From the NCBI GenBank assembly GCA_964016885.1, contig OZ024743.1:35092001-35156000 (forward strand): a stretch of DNA of 64,000 nt. Direction: 5' to 3'. This DNA comes from Eledone cirrhosa. Lineage: Eukaryota. The translations under genes were made by a program, and so were the position numbers. The notes under the pieces were generated by a model. The model made no database searches. It was given only the letters and a program-made list of their open reading frames with translations, and was not told the origin of the DNA. Positions 50,927 through 63,943 of this stretch are shown here, piece after piece (within the stretch, counting starts at the first letter, position 1; the number at the start of each line of letters is the position of its first letter).

Positions 50927-53900
50927 GTGTGTTTGTGCTGTCATAATCATCATCAACGTTATCATCATCAATTTTATGTCCTCTTTTTCATGCTGATGTG
51001 ACTTTTTGAGGCAATGTTTAATAGCCAGATACCCTTCTTGACTCTTCTAGTAACTTCTTGCAATATACAATGGCATGGTGTACCTATTCCAAACCTGTGA
51101 AACCCACAATCTATCTATCAACCGGATGTAATTTTGCACATAAATGTGTGTGTGGTTTGTGTGTTTGCATATATATATCATCATCATTTTTACATTGACT
51201 TTCCATGCTGACATGGGTTGTATGGGACTTTTGAGGAAATGCATTACAGCTGGTTGCCCTACCTGATATTAACCCTGTTAGTCACATACACATACATATC
51301 ACTCAAGGATATGTATGTGTATGTGAGTAAATATCATTATCATATATATATATATATATATATGCTCAGAGTTTTATGAAATGAAGCAGATAAGAGATAA
51401 ATCTTTGTCTGTATAGAATGCCAGTCTATATTGCAGTTAACTTTCCTAAATAATCTGGTATTATTCTTACCTGATAGCTAGAGGAACTGAAACAATGATA
51501 GATAAAAGTAATTTGACCAGAAACATGATGAAATACCTGAAGTTTTGACCTTTTGATTTACAAGCAGATATTACAATGCTTTGTTGGTTTTGTTTCTGCT
51601 CAAAATGATATGCAAACAGCATAAACCCCTTTATATATGACCATTGTCCTCTAACTGCCAATGTCTTCTTTAGAGAGTTACAACTGCATGGGTTCCCCTT
51701 ATTTGTTGCCATTTATTACAGGAAAAGCATCAGACAGCTCTTTTATAATGTAGGCAGTGTCTACCATGACTCCAATAACGTTATTAGGCATACCCAGGTT
51801 TTGAGAATATTATCTTAGGGCTATCTTCAAAGGATCCGTGTTTCCTGTCTCCTCCTTTTCTTGATTTGATGCAGAAATATTTTGCTTTGTTTTTGATTTG
51901 CTTTGGATTTTTTATTATTGTTGTTCTTGTTGTTGTTGTTATTTTCCACACATGCTGCTATCAACATTAATCTTCCATCATGCTTGGTGTATGATTTATG
52001 CATGATATTTGCAGATCACCAGGATGATAGGTAACTAAGATAACTAGATTAAATGACAGTAATCCATGATGATGAATCTTCCACTGGTTTTGATGGTAAT
52101 CATTCAGTTTTTCAATCAACTGAATGTCCTACTTGATAAATTAACATATACTAACTTTCTCAATGAGATACTCTTTAGATTCTTCAAGAACATTAATGAT
52201 GGTTACTCTAACCTATTTTCTTATAATATTAATAATAATAATAATAATAATGAAATGATTGTGTACAGTGCTCAGGTGCACTACAGCTCATCAAAGGTGC
52301 ATGTATAGTACATAGAATAATGTACAAATGTCAGGAAAATGAACAGTGTATGAGTCATGAAATACATGTGTGTGTGTGTGTATGGAGTGGGGATATCAGG
52401 TATCATCATCATCATCAGCTTTGATATCGAATTCTTGACTAGCTAAGTAGCTCTTAACTTAATTCTCAGACAGAATCGATGTGCCACAGAGTGACACATT
52501 ATGACAGAGTCTGTCAAGGCTTGGCTACAAATAACAGGTTTAATCTATCTGATAGATTGTTCACAGTTTCCATTGACTCAATTCCACTCACTGAACCTCA
52601 TGATAGTGAAACAAGCTTCATAACCACTCAGCTATTTCTGTATCCCAATAATTCATATTATGCCATTGGTACTGTGTTGAGTCTATGACCAAGATATTTA
52701 ACACTTAATGATCAGGTCCATCAAATTATAAGTAGTAGATACCATAGAATATAATGACCCAGGGAGAGATGCAAACCAACAAAATAATCTTTAGATGTAT
52801 GTTCTATTTGCTAGAAATAGCAGCTAAATATCTCTCAAAGTATATTCTACTTATCATTTTAAATAAGGAAAGGACACAGTTAAAAAGATGAAATTGTCAT
52901 GGCTGGAATACCATTGACTATAGATGTGTTCAAACAGGGTTTACATAAAGCTAAATAACAACAGTAATATCAGCAACAACAACAACAACAACTGTATTTC
53001 AAGATTGTTATCTTGTTAGCTCACAGAGTTATGTTCGAGTCTTGCTTGGAAATTCAACCATTATAGAAACCCTAGAAATGTGACTGACTCAAAGTTTAAT
53101 TCAGTCACTATCTCCATGATGCTATCATTATCATTATTGTCATTGAGTGTTTCAATGTCTATTTTCCCCCTCTATGTTTACCATGGTAAAATACGCATAG
53201 TACACTCTGCAAACTGAATGGCACTAAGAAGTGCATCCAACTATAGAAAGTGGGCCAAAATAAGGAACATATGAGCAAGATATGGTTCTCCAACCTGTTC
53301 AACCCATGTCAGCATGGCAAGCAGAAGTAAAATGATAATGATGAGGATGATGCATGGTTTAATAGCACTTTTCATATCAATTCTTTGCCATTTCATCTTT
53401 GAGGTTAGATATCAAAGATCTAACAATACTACTTCTTGTGAATGGGATTGAGTCAATGGAAACTGTGTGGAAGTCATTGAATAGATATTGCTCCTGTGAT
53501 TCCAAGAGCCAGACTTAGCACACACAGTCATGCTTAGTTTGCTTCAGGATTAAGTTAAGTATATAACCTATCTCTGGAATACTCAGCCAGTTACACTATA
53601 ATTTAAAAAGTATTCAACTCATATTTGTTAAGATTAACTCTTGAAATGATTCAGCAAAAAATATCTAAAAAACAGAGTTTGTTACTTCAAATGTTTATAG
53701 TATATTTACTAGTTGACAGATCATTGTGAAAATTAGCAATACAAGTTTTAATATGATGCAATCAAAGTGCTGTTTTGTAATTTTTCAACAATATTTTGCT
53801 AATGTAGTTTCATGCAGTACAGAATGTTATGTGTGAAATAATTGTTTCTACTTTAGCCACAAGGCCAGCAATTACCCAGTGCATGACTGGTACTTTATTT

Positions 53901-54114
53901 TATCGACCCCGTAAGGATGAAAGGCAAAATGAACATTGATTAAACACCTAGAATACTTTTTGTGGAAGAGTATTTTAGGTGTTCACTACTATATATATAT
54001 ATGTGTGTGTTTGTTAACGCCTTCACATACGTCTGTTTGAATATGTGAATGTGTACATGCAGATGTGCTACTATATATTCATGCGTTTGAGTGTCATTAT
54101 CTCTGTTATTGAGC

Positions 54115-54139
54115 TGGCCTTGTGCCAAAAGTAGAAACA
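54115..54139 (+). mobile_element. 25-bp SINE-B 3' end with 19-bp target-site duplication
   Basis: attatctctgttattgagc at 54096-54114 and 54140-54158 flanks tggccttgtgccaaaagtagaaaca. Confidence 0.85.
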
Positions 54140-54272
54140 ATTATCTCTGTTATTGAGCATATATATGTGTGTAAATGTGTGTATGTATGTGTGTAAATGT
54201 GTGTATGTATGTGTATATATATATATGTGTGGATTTCTGTTTATGTATGCTAGCAAGGAGAACAAACACGAT

Positions 54273-54314
<42 letters not shown>

Positions 54315-54362
54315 TCATCATCATCATCATTTTACGTCCGCTCTTCCCTGCTTGCAAGGGTG

Positions 54363-54434
<72 letters not shown>

Positions 54435-54440
<6 letters not shown>

Positions 54441-54848
54441 GATATTAACAAATGGAGACTATCTTTATAAAACCATATCTATTTTATTATACATATTTCA
54501 AGGATACCATGTTAAATTATGGTATGCTTTCATCAGACAAAATACAATATATAACAGTTTTATAAATAAATATTGACAGGGATGTCTTCCAAAAGTAACG
54601 GTTGCATTTTGAAAGGGTATGTCAATATTTATTTATAAAACTGGTATATATTGTATTTTGTCTGATGAAAGCATACCATAATTTAACATGGTATCCTTGA
54701 AATATGTATAATAAAATAGATATGGTTTTATAAAGATAGTTTCCATTTGTTAATATCGTATATTTACTCCAAATACTTGTCGAGTGCTTTATATCAGTTA
54801 TAAAAATATTTGCTTGTTGTATCCCAACAATTTAAATAGAACTTTTGC
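54435..54848 (+). mobile_element. PLE-like remnant: 144-bp inverted repeat (41-bp spacer) plus ~85-bp tail
   Basis: Arms 54435-54578 and 54620-54763 with 2 mismatches seen; a hammerhead in each arm; (TA)n flanks. Confidence 0.85.
54654..54718 (+). ncRNA. Type-I hammerhead ribozyme (mirror copy 54480-54544 on the minus strand)
   Basis: Stem I tattttgt/ataaaata; CTGATGA 54662-54668; stem II aagcataccat/atggtatcctt; GAAA 54699-54702; stem III ATATGTAT; UH site 54709-54710. Confidence 0.8.
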
Positions 54849-55524
54849 ATATATATATATATATATATATATCAAGTGTTAAACTAATATATATATCTTC
54901 ATTGTACTGTGTCGTTTGCTTTGTTGTTTTTTGTTTACTTTTCACATACATAATTTGTGTATATATATATATGTGTGTGTGTGTGCGTTTGTACCATATA
55001 AATTTGAGTAATCATGCACGTATGGGTATATATGTTTGTGTGTGAGTTTAGATGTGGGTGGATATGTGTGGGTGTCTATCTGCAAGTGTGTGTAACAGTA
55101 ATCAGGTGAGGTAAGAGATCAGTAAAATCATTTAAGAGACATCAGATGTTTGTTGGCAGCTGAGACTGAGGTGTTAGGGACATGTGATATCAGTAGTGAT
55201 GGTGGTGTCAGTAATAGTGGTGGTTGGTGGAGGTAATAGTAGCAATAGTAGTGATAGTAATGGTGGTGGTGTATGTAGTGATGACAATAGTGGTGGTGTA
55301 AATAGTGATGGTTGTCTCAGTAGTGATGCTAATGATAGTGCATGTTGAGATGCTGGTTGTTGTTGACTTCAAACCCACCCCGATTAAAGGCATTTTGGTC
55401 TGTTTAAGTATATCTAGGACTACATTATCTTTTTATGTTCTTTTCTTTCTAAATGGCTATATGTCAGGTAGGATTTGAGGAACATTTGGCCGTTATTTCT
55501 AGCAGAACAAACGCTCATATAGAG

Positions 55525-56232
55525 CAGTGGTTCTCAAACCTTTGGGGCCAGCACTCCCTTCACAGCCATGTAGTACCCTCAGCCCCCCCCCCCCCCCCCC
55601 ATTTCCAGAGAGACCTGTCTACATGCAAATTCTAAATAATATGTAATAAATAAAATCGTTAATTTATATATAATAAATAATATAATATATAGTAGGTATA
55701 AATAAATATTATATATTTTTTTATTTTACTATATTTATATATCATCATCATCATCATCATCATCATCATTTTACGTCCGCTTTTCCCTGCTTGCAAGGGT
55801 GGGACGGGAACTGATTCTGGCTTGATTTCTACAGCTGGATGCCCTTCCTAACACCAACCTCATTTACAGTGAGTGCTGGGTGCTTTTTTTTCCGTGGCAC
55901 CTACACGACCACTTTGCAGTGGAATGATATGGACCCCAGTCCCTACCATCTCATTTCTACAGCTGAGTAAACTGGAGCAATGTGAAATAAAGTGTCTTGC
56001 TCAAGGAAACAACACATCACCCGGTCTGAGAATTGAACTCACAACCTATCGATTGCAAGGCCAATGCCCTAACCACTAAGCCATGTGCCTCCATCTATAT
56101 GTATCATTTGATACATATATCATCTCTACTGCACCCCCTACCATCGCCCCCTTAGGTCCCAGTGCCCCCCTGGACCTTCTCAATGCTCTCTCCTCCGGGG
56201 GTGTGGGGTAATGCCCACTTTGAGAACCGCTG
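55525..56232. mobile_element. hAT (Charlie-like) MITE with a nested SINE-A
   Basis: TIRs cagtggttctcaaa and tttgagaaccgctg; perfect 8-bp TSD atatagag (55517-55524 and 56233-56240). Confidence 0.92.
55742..56092 (-). mobile_element. Young CORE-type SINE family A
   Basis: Reverse complement of 50528-50882. Confidence 0.9.
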
Positions 56233-56742
56233 ATATAGAGGCTCCCATGCCGGTGTGTAGATGGTAGTAATGTCCTTAAGTATGTCAGTGATGGTGTTAG
56301 TGTTAATAATGGTGATGGCATCATTAATGGTTGTTGTTATTTAGCCCAAGGTCAGCTCAGTTCAAGAAGACCTATGATTAAAGACATCCCAGCCATGATC
56401 ATCTCAACTGTTTTTCTATGTGCAGAGAAACCATGATCATATTATCCAACATTACAGTAGGATGTAATTTGATTGAGATTTCGCTGCTATTTCTACTATT
56501 CCTTAGTGTCACTCGAGGGAGATAGTGTCTCCAATAATGGTGGTGTCTTTGATGGTTATAGTATTCTATTATGGCGCGCGGGGGGGGGGGGGGGGGGGGG
56601 CATCATGGTATTTTGTTATTCTTATGGTTGTTCTTACTGCTACAGCAGTGTTTTTGATGATGGTGGTGGTAGTGGTGATGGTGGTGGTAGTAGTGATGGT
56701 GGTGGTAGTGGTGATGGTGGTGGTAGTGTTTATCAACACTAG

Positions 56743-56912
56743 TGGTGATAATGGTGTTGTTGTTGTTGCTAGTGGAGGTGATGGAGGTGGTGATGGTGGA
56801 GCTGACACTACCATCATCAACACCAGTGATAATGATGGTAATGTCAGCTCCACCATCATCACTATCACCACCTCCAACACCTCCACTAGCAACAACAACA
56901 CCATTATCACCA
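56743..56912. repeat. ~76-bp-arm inverted repeat in a (GGT/GAT) low-complexity tract
   Basis: tggtgataatggtgttg...gagctgacactaccatcat versus atgatggtaatgtcagctc...caacaccattatcacca. Confidence 0.85.
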
Positions 56913-57744
56913 TCATATGTTTATCACCATCATATTCAACATGCTTATCACCATCATATTCAACACCATTCAAAGTTTGTCCAAAAAGAGAACACTTCCA
57001 TGTGGTTACTTAACCTACTAGAAATAGTAACCAAATCTCCATTGAACCACACTCTATCATCTTAAAAAAAAGGAATCTATTCCTGGAAGATAGAAAAAGT
57101 CAGTTGGAGTGGTCATGGTACCAGACTTGCACCATCAGTTTTGACATGCTGGTCACTGGCCTCTGTTCTGCATCACTAACAACATGCAGAACGTCAATGC
57201 TAGAACACTGAATGAATTTTATACAATCATTTATTCCTGCTCGCTTGGGTGTCATTTGTTTGCTAGAGAGCTTACATACTATATTTACTGTGCATATTGT
57301 ATCATTTATCTTCACGGTACAGGCATTGGTGTGTGGCTAAGGAGTTCTCTTTGCAATCATATGGTTCTGGGTTCAGTCTAACCCTGCGACACCTTGGATA
57401 AGTGTCATCTATTATAGCTTCAGGTTGACCAATGCTTTATCAATGAAATTTGGCAAAATGAGACTACAGAACCTCATCATATATGTGTGCGTGTATGTGT
57501 ATATGTGCATGTATGTGTGTGTGTGCCAATGTCCGTGTTTGCATTTATGTCTGTGCTTATGTCTGGGCAGAGGTGGTGAGAACTGATCTCAAATCACTGA
57601 AACTCATTGAGATGATGACATAGGAACACAAGTGGAGTGATGCTGTTCTGAAAAGAACCTATCCAACCCATGCAAGTGTGGTGGAAAAACAGACGTAAAA
57701 ACATTGATAATGATGAGGATGATGATGATGATGATACATATATA

Positions 57745-58786
57745 CATCATCATTGGCAGCTCAGTCTCAGGAGACCATGCTAAATGTGCCTGGAGTTATA
57801 TCTAGTCACTGACATCGTCTGCTGTGACTGTGCAGACTGACCCACGAGTAACAGTCTTTGTTGCACTTGGTTGTTGGTATGTCTGTGATGTGCTTTTTTC
57901 AGTGCTGGCTGAGCAGGGAATTTATGATTGGAATCCTGGCACATTGTAGGATGTCATTGTGTAGGATATGGTCATGCCAGCTGATTCTGAGGATGTGTTT
58001 GAGACACTGTATGTGGAAGACATTGAGCTGACGTTCTTGCCTCATGAAGGTGCTCCAGGTTTCATGTCCATAGAGCAAAGTGCTAAGAACACAGGCCTAG
58101 TAGACTCGGATCTTGGTGTGTTCTGTCAGTGCCTTGTTCTCCCTCACCCTGATGGTGTTTGACTTCCCAAGCCACCTGTCAAGTTAAATATCAGGTGAAA
58201 GAGTGTTGTTGATTGTAGACCCCAGGTAGGTGAAGTTGTCCACAGCTTCCAGAGTGACACTATCGATTTTGATTTTGATTGCGGTGGCCATATTGACATC
58301 CTGTGAACTGACGTTGGTCTTCTTCAGGCTTATAGTAAGCCTGAACTGCTTGCAAGCATCAGCAAAGCAATCACTCAGTTTCTGAAGAGCTTCCTCAGAG
58401 TGAGCCACAAGGGTGCTCATCAGCAAAAAGCATCTCCCTGATGAGCACCCTCCTCACCTTAGCTTCCGAGTGCAGCCATGATAGATTAAAGAGTTTTCCG
58501 TCTGATCTGGTGTGCAGGTAGACACCGTCACTGGACGTGTCAAAGGCATAGGACAGGAGCAGGGAGAGGAATTCCCAAAGATGGTCTGTGCCAGCTCACA
58601 GCCCTGCTTAACACCACTGTTGATGGGGAAAGGATGTGAGGAAAATCCATCATACAGGACTGTTCCCTTCATGTCAGTATGGAAAGAGATCAGTAGGCTG
58701 TGGTGTTTTGGGGGCCAGCTGATCCTCTTGAGAAGTTCAAATAGGCCCTTTCTGCTGACCAGGTCAAAGGCTTTGGTGAGTTCTAT
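57745..58786 (-). mobile_element. RTE (BovB-like) LINE RT fragment, a second RTE family
   Basis: IELTKAFDLVSR, SGVKQGC, AHSEEALQ, LTISLKKT, FTYLGS motifs; frameshifted. Confidence 0.9.
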
Positions 58787-58805
58787 ATACATATATATAT
58801 ATATA

Positions 58806-58988
58806 ACGAAGGAAATGTGGTAAGGAACCAGGTGGACCATAACTCACCAAAGTACTCAATACTTAGGGTAGTAGAGTGGGTAATAGGAACGAGTAAGACC
58901 CCGACGGCTGAGCTCAAGCCGTTTCGACGGCTAATTCAGAATTAGCCGTCGAAACGGCTTGAGCTCAGCCGTCGGGGTCTTACTCGTT

Positions 58989-58993
<5 letters not shown>
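58806..58993 (-). mobile_element. PLE-like remnant: 111-bp palindrome centred on hammerhead stem II plus ~77-bp tail
   Basis: 55-bp arms with a 1-nt centre at 58938; GAAAC-ggct..agcc-GTC at 58951-58973; no CTGANGA; (TA)n flanks. Confidence 0.75.
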
Positions 58994-59045
<52 letters not shown>

Positions 59046-59329
59046 ATATGTGTGTCTTTATCCGTTTGCAAATGACTATCATGATAAAGTTGATCACTAT
59101 GAATAATAGTTGAGAAAATTGAGAAAGTACTACTGGAGGCAGAACAAAAGGTGGACAGAGATGTCCATATTGTTTTTTAACCCGCATCTTTTGGATGTCA
59201 GACAAATGTGATAATCATCTATGTTAAAAAGCTTCTGACAAGATTTTAAAGTTGTAGCTCTAAGTGTAAACAACAGTTGATATAAGAAACATTGGGAACA
59301 TTTTGAAATTTCATATATATATAGTATTC

Positions 59330-59382
<53 letters not shown>

Positions 59383-59386
<4 letters not shown>

Positions 59387-60617
59387 CAAAAGGACTTAAA
59401 ATTAACCTGGCTAAGACCAAAGTTCTAGTTTGTAGGAAAGAAAACAAGGCGGCGGTCCCTTCTGGGAAATGGTCGTGCTCGGTATGTAGGAAAGGCGTAG
59501 GTAGAAACTCCATCTTATGTCCTAAATGCAAAGTATGGGTGCATAAAAGATGTAGTGGGATCACAGGTAAGCTAACTAAGAACATAGACTTTACATGTGG
59601 CCGGTGTTCTGGTGCAATAAGTAGCAGCAAGTGCCCACAAAATACTAGCTCTTTCAATTGCGCAGAGGGTTCTATAGAAATAGTGGACAGCTTCCGTTAC
59701 CTGGGCGATAAAATCAGCAGTGGGGGAGGGTGCTCTGAAAGTACTGTAGCTAGAGTCAGAACTGGTTGGAAAAAGTTCAGAGAGCTTATACCACTATTAG
59801 CTGCTAAAGGGTTCTCCCTAAAAATGAAAGGCAGGTTGTACGATGCCTGCATACGAACAGCAATGTTGCATGGTAGTGAGACCTGGGCATTGTGTGCAGA
59901 GGATATACGCAAACTAGAGAGGAACGAAGCTTGCATGCTCCGCTGGATGTGTAACAGTAATATACGTGAACGGCAAAGCATAAACGAACTAAGGAAAAAA
60001 TTAGAGATAAGAGGGATCAGATGTTGTTTACTCGAGAGAAGGCTGCGTTGGTATGGACACGTGATGCGCATGAAAGTCGCTAGCTGTATTACAAAGTGCA
60101 GGGCAATAAAGATAGACGGTAGCCACGGAATAGGCAGACCTAGAAAAACATGGGATGAGCTGATAAACTCCGACCTCACACACTTACACCTCTCCAAGAC
60201 AATGTCACTGGACCGAGACCTTTGGCGGTACTCAGTAACAGAGAAGACCCGCCTTGCCAGTAGGCATCTCTAACAAAATACACCCCGTCCCGCCACCACC
60301 CACACCACCCCGTTCTATGTAAAGTTATGTTGGTGCCGCGCCATCCAGGCCGAAACAAATGAGATCGTGTAGGTGTCACGACAAAAAAACACACAGTCCA
60401 CGCTGTAATGTGGCCGTGTAGGCAACACGGTAAAAACCTCCCAGACCCACACTGTAAATGTGGTTGGTGTTAGGAAGGGCATCCAACTGTAGAAAACCTG
60501 CCAGACAGTCCTATGCGAGCAAGACAATCACTCTTGCCTCAAGTGGGACTACCCCCGTCCAAACCCATGCAAGCGTGGAACACGGACGTTAAACGTTGAT
60601 GATGATGATGATGATGA
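59383..60617 (+). mobile_element. 5'-truncated RTE LINE with uninterrupted ORF2 C-terminus (59383-60273), PHD-like finger, 3'UTR and (GAT)n tail
   Basis: GLKINLAKTK, FRYLG, GSETW, RRLRWYGHVMRM, GRPRKTW motifs. Confidence 0.95.
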
Positions 60618-60761
60618 TATATATATATATATATTAAAAAGAATACTAAACATGAATTTGTTTTCAATTCTTATCTTTTTTGTTTTACTTTCCATATGTT
60701 GTAATTAGCTTCATAGCTAATAGATAATGTATACACATTACTTTATGTATTTAGTTTGTAA

Positions 60762-60816
<55 letters not shown>

Positions 60817-60894
60817 TATATATAACGTTAAACTAATATATTTCTTCCATGTACTGTGTCGTTCGTTTTGTTATTACTGTTTACCTTTTACATA

Positions 60895-61000
60895 CACACA
60901 CATACATACATACATACATACATACATACATACATACATACATACATACATACATACATACATACATACATACATACATACATACATACATGCATACATA
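60895..61000. repeat. (CATA)n microsatellite
   Basis: Seen directly. Confidence 0.97.
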
Positions 61001-61178
61001 TATAACTGAAGCAGTACAAAGAAAACAATACTGCTGTGTTTAAATGTTATATAAACTTTCTGTGGAACTGGTGAATGGTTACCACAGTTGGTGTATGCAG
61101 TAAAGAGGTAAAGAGTGAAAGAAAGTTAGCTGAATTAGGTAAACCTGAACATTGTTTAACTCACAGTGTTTGATATTT

Positions 61179-61266
<88 letters not shown>

Positions 61267-62099
61267 GCTTTTATTAGTAGGTTCATGACAAGACTTGCGA
61301 CTGTGGTGAGTGAGGATCTCTTGTTATCCAATGCTCCATGGGGAGCAAGAGGAAGTACCTATTTTAGCACAGTCCTCATATTACTAGGGACTGGGCCTTC
61401 GGATTTAATTTACCACATTCCTGATGATAATGAAACTAATTCCTCTTCTTGGCCTTTTTTAAATTTATATATATTTACTTCATATGAGGGAATATAATGT
61501 GAAGCTAGTTGAGATGTTAATACCAAAATCTGAAGAATGCATTACAAATTAAAAGCATCAGTGACCTTAACAGATGAGGGTTACTGTTGTTATTTAACCC
61601 TAGGCTAAGCCTGATTGGACAGATCTATGGTCAAAAGTATTCCAGATGTGAACATTCCATCTTTTTTTATTACCATAGTGTTACCAGGGCTACATTTTCA
61701 AATATTGTGTTCAATTTTTTTTTAGACATTTGTGATTTGATTAGACTTTCATGGTATTTGTTGCAGGTTGAGCAACTCTTGTTAGTTCGAATAGATGAAT
61801 GTTTACACACACACACACATATATACATGAAGAGTATAGAAGTGAAAATTGTTTAAATCAAAGCCCTATAAGTGAAGTGGGGTGTGTGGTATGTATATTC
61901 CCTCTTTCCATATGTGTCTCATAAAGAAATGAAAGGTTTATATTAAATTTAGATTTGTTATTTGTATTTAATTATATAATTATTTATCTTAGGCATTCAT
62001 GCAGGAAATGCCACTTATTTATATATATATATATATATATGTGTGTGTATGTGTGTGCGAGTGTGTGTATTTATATGTATATATATAAAAAGGTGACGA

Positions 62100-62139
<40 letters not shown>

Positions 62140-62162
62140 CCATACATACACACATACACACA

Positions 62163-62215
<53 letters not shown>

Positions 62216-63085
62216 GCATGTGTGTATGTGTGTGTGTGTGTATGCATGTGTGAACAAAGGGTAGAAGCGGAAATACCTGAGGGGAGTGTTTTGCATGATG
62301 TGTACATATACAAATAGAGTCTTGCATTCTATATACTGCAAGTGAAAAGACTTCAATCATTTGAAATTATACCCATAGATTCAAGACCCAAACTCTCTTT
62401 AAGAGTGGGTTTAAATCCAGAAAAGCAAGCGAGGGAGATAACTCCAACAGTCAAAATTAATCTAAATTTTTTGGAACATTTTTTACACAATTCAGAGGGA
62501 GTGGATCAAAAATTATGTTTGTTGCTTTCACCAATTTGGCATTAAAACAAGGTCCACTCCCATTGTCTAGCCCTAGCAAAACAAAAGTTATTTCACTTCT
62601 CTTCTATTTCTATCCCCACCTTCATAAACTACCATAGGAACCCTTATGTGGTGTCTTGGGCTGCTAGATACTGCAACCAAATTTTATTGAAATCACAATC
62701 TACCATTTAAAAAAAGGGACCCTTTATATGATGTAGCCCAAGGTTCATAATACACGAAAAAAAAAAATGATTGGATGGCCATGGCTTGAATACTTTTGAT
62801 CATATTTTGTTTGATCAAGTTGATTTGGAGCAGAACAACCGCAACAACAACAACCACAACAGCAACAACTTTCTACCTTCAGAATGGTAGCAAACTAAGG
62901 TCATTCTTTCCAATCAAAAATGATTTGATAGCATATACCATGCTTTCCCTAATGATTTTATGTGCAGACACCAACAGTATTTTGGCCTTCTTCCTATTGA
63001 CTGAGCAGAACATTCAGGATGTAACTCCTAGAGGGAGAAAGGGCTGCACCAACACTTGACTTGTATTTTGTTTACTGATCTTTAA

Positions 63086-63304
63086 TCTTTTAGCATTTAA
63101 ACTGGCCGTATCTGGCCAGAATTCTCTCACTTCTTTCTGTCCAAACCAGCTGTAATCAGTCACTCATACTGATGTTAAGGTATTGTTCTCAAAATAAATA
63201 ATACCAAAATTTCATAGATTCGATATTATAAGATAATTATGTGAGGTAAACCCTTTACTATGAAAATATAATAGTAAATATAGAGAAATGTAAATGCTAA
63301 ATGG
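63086..63304. mobile_element. piggyBac-like MITE family 2
   Basis: TTAA on both sides; paralogue of 42432-42651. Confidence 0.75.
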
Positions 63305-63348
63305 TTAAAGAATGAAAGGCAAAGTAGACCTTGGTGAGATTTGATTAC

Positions 63349-63943
63349 TTAGAGCAGGGAGACAGAACAAATATCCCAAAACATTCTATGCAAGGGTCTA
63401 ATGACTGTTGACTGCTTTTTCAAGAGGGTACTGAAGATAAAACATATTGACTATGTTGTCACCTGGAGAAATTTCACAAAAACTTGAAAGTATCAGAAAC
63501 ACAACAGAGCAAAGTCAAACTGAAAGACAGATTGAAAATATGGATGAAAATATTTCTATTCATGAGCATAAAGATCAGATAGAACAAATAAAACAAGAAA
63601 TTTTCAATGAACTTGGAAAAATAAATTATATTAGTATGGGTGAAAGAGAGTCCTTGCAAAAATTGACAAGCAACAACCAGAAAAAAGACTCATAAATACT
63701 GAAAAATGAGGTTGCTAAAGCAATAATTGAAGAGATGAAGCCTGATACATCAGAACTGAATTTATTTAGATTTTATCACTTAGAGTAGAGAGACAGAACA
63801 AATATCCAAAAATATTCTATCCAAGGGTCTAATGACTGTTAACTGCTTTTTCAGAACGATACTAAAAATAAAACGTCACCAGGAGAAATTTCAGAAAAAT
63901 TTGAAAGTATCAGAAACACAACAGATCAGAGTTAAGCTGAAAG
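63349..63943 (+). repeat. Local direct duplication (~170 bp, period ~431) overlapping an R4-like ORF N-terminal fragment
   Basis: 63349-63525 aligns with 63780-63943; the intervening frame reads ..ISMGERESLQKL..NEVAKAII..TSELN, resembling R4/Dong ORFs. Confidence 0.55.

Noticed and set aside
51471-51536. 66-bp minus-strand exon-like segment (ttcag|...cag|gtaag), signal-peptide-like in one frame
   Set aside because: Splice sites are plausible but no partner exon or homology could be supported.
59697-60197. 166-aa minus-strand ORF (and 59130-59657)
   Set aside because: Antisense shadow of the RTE ORF.
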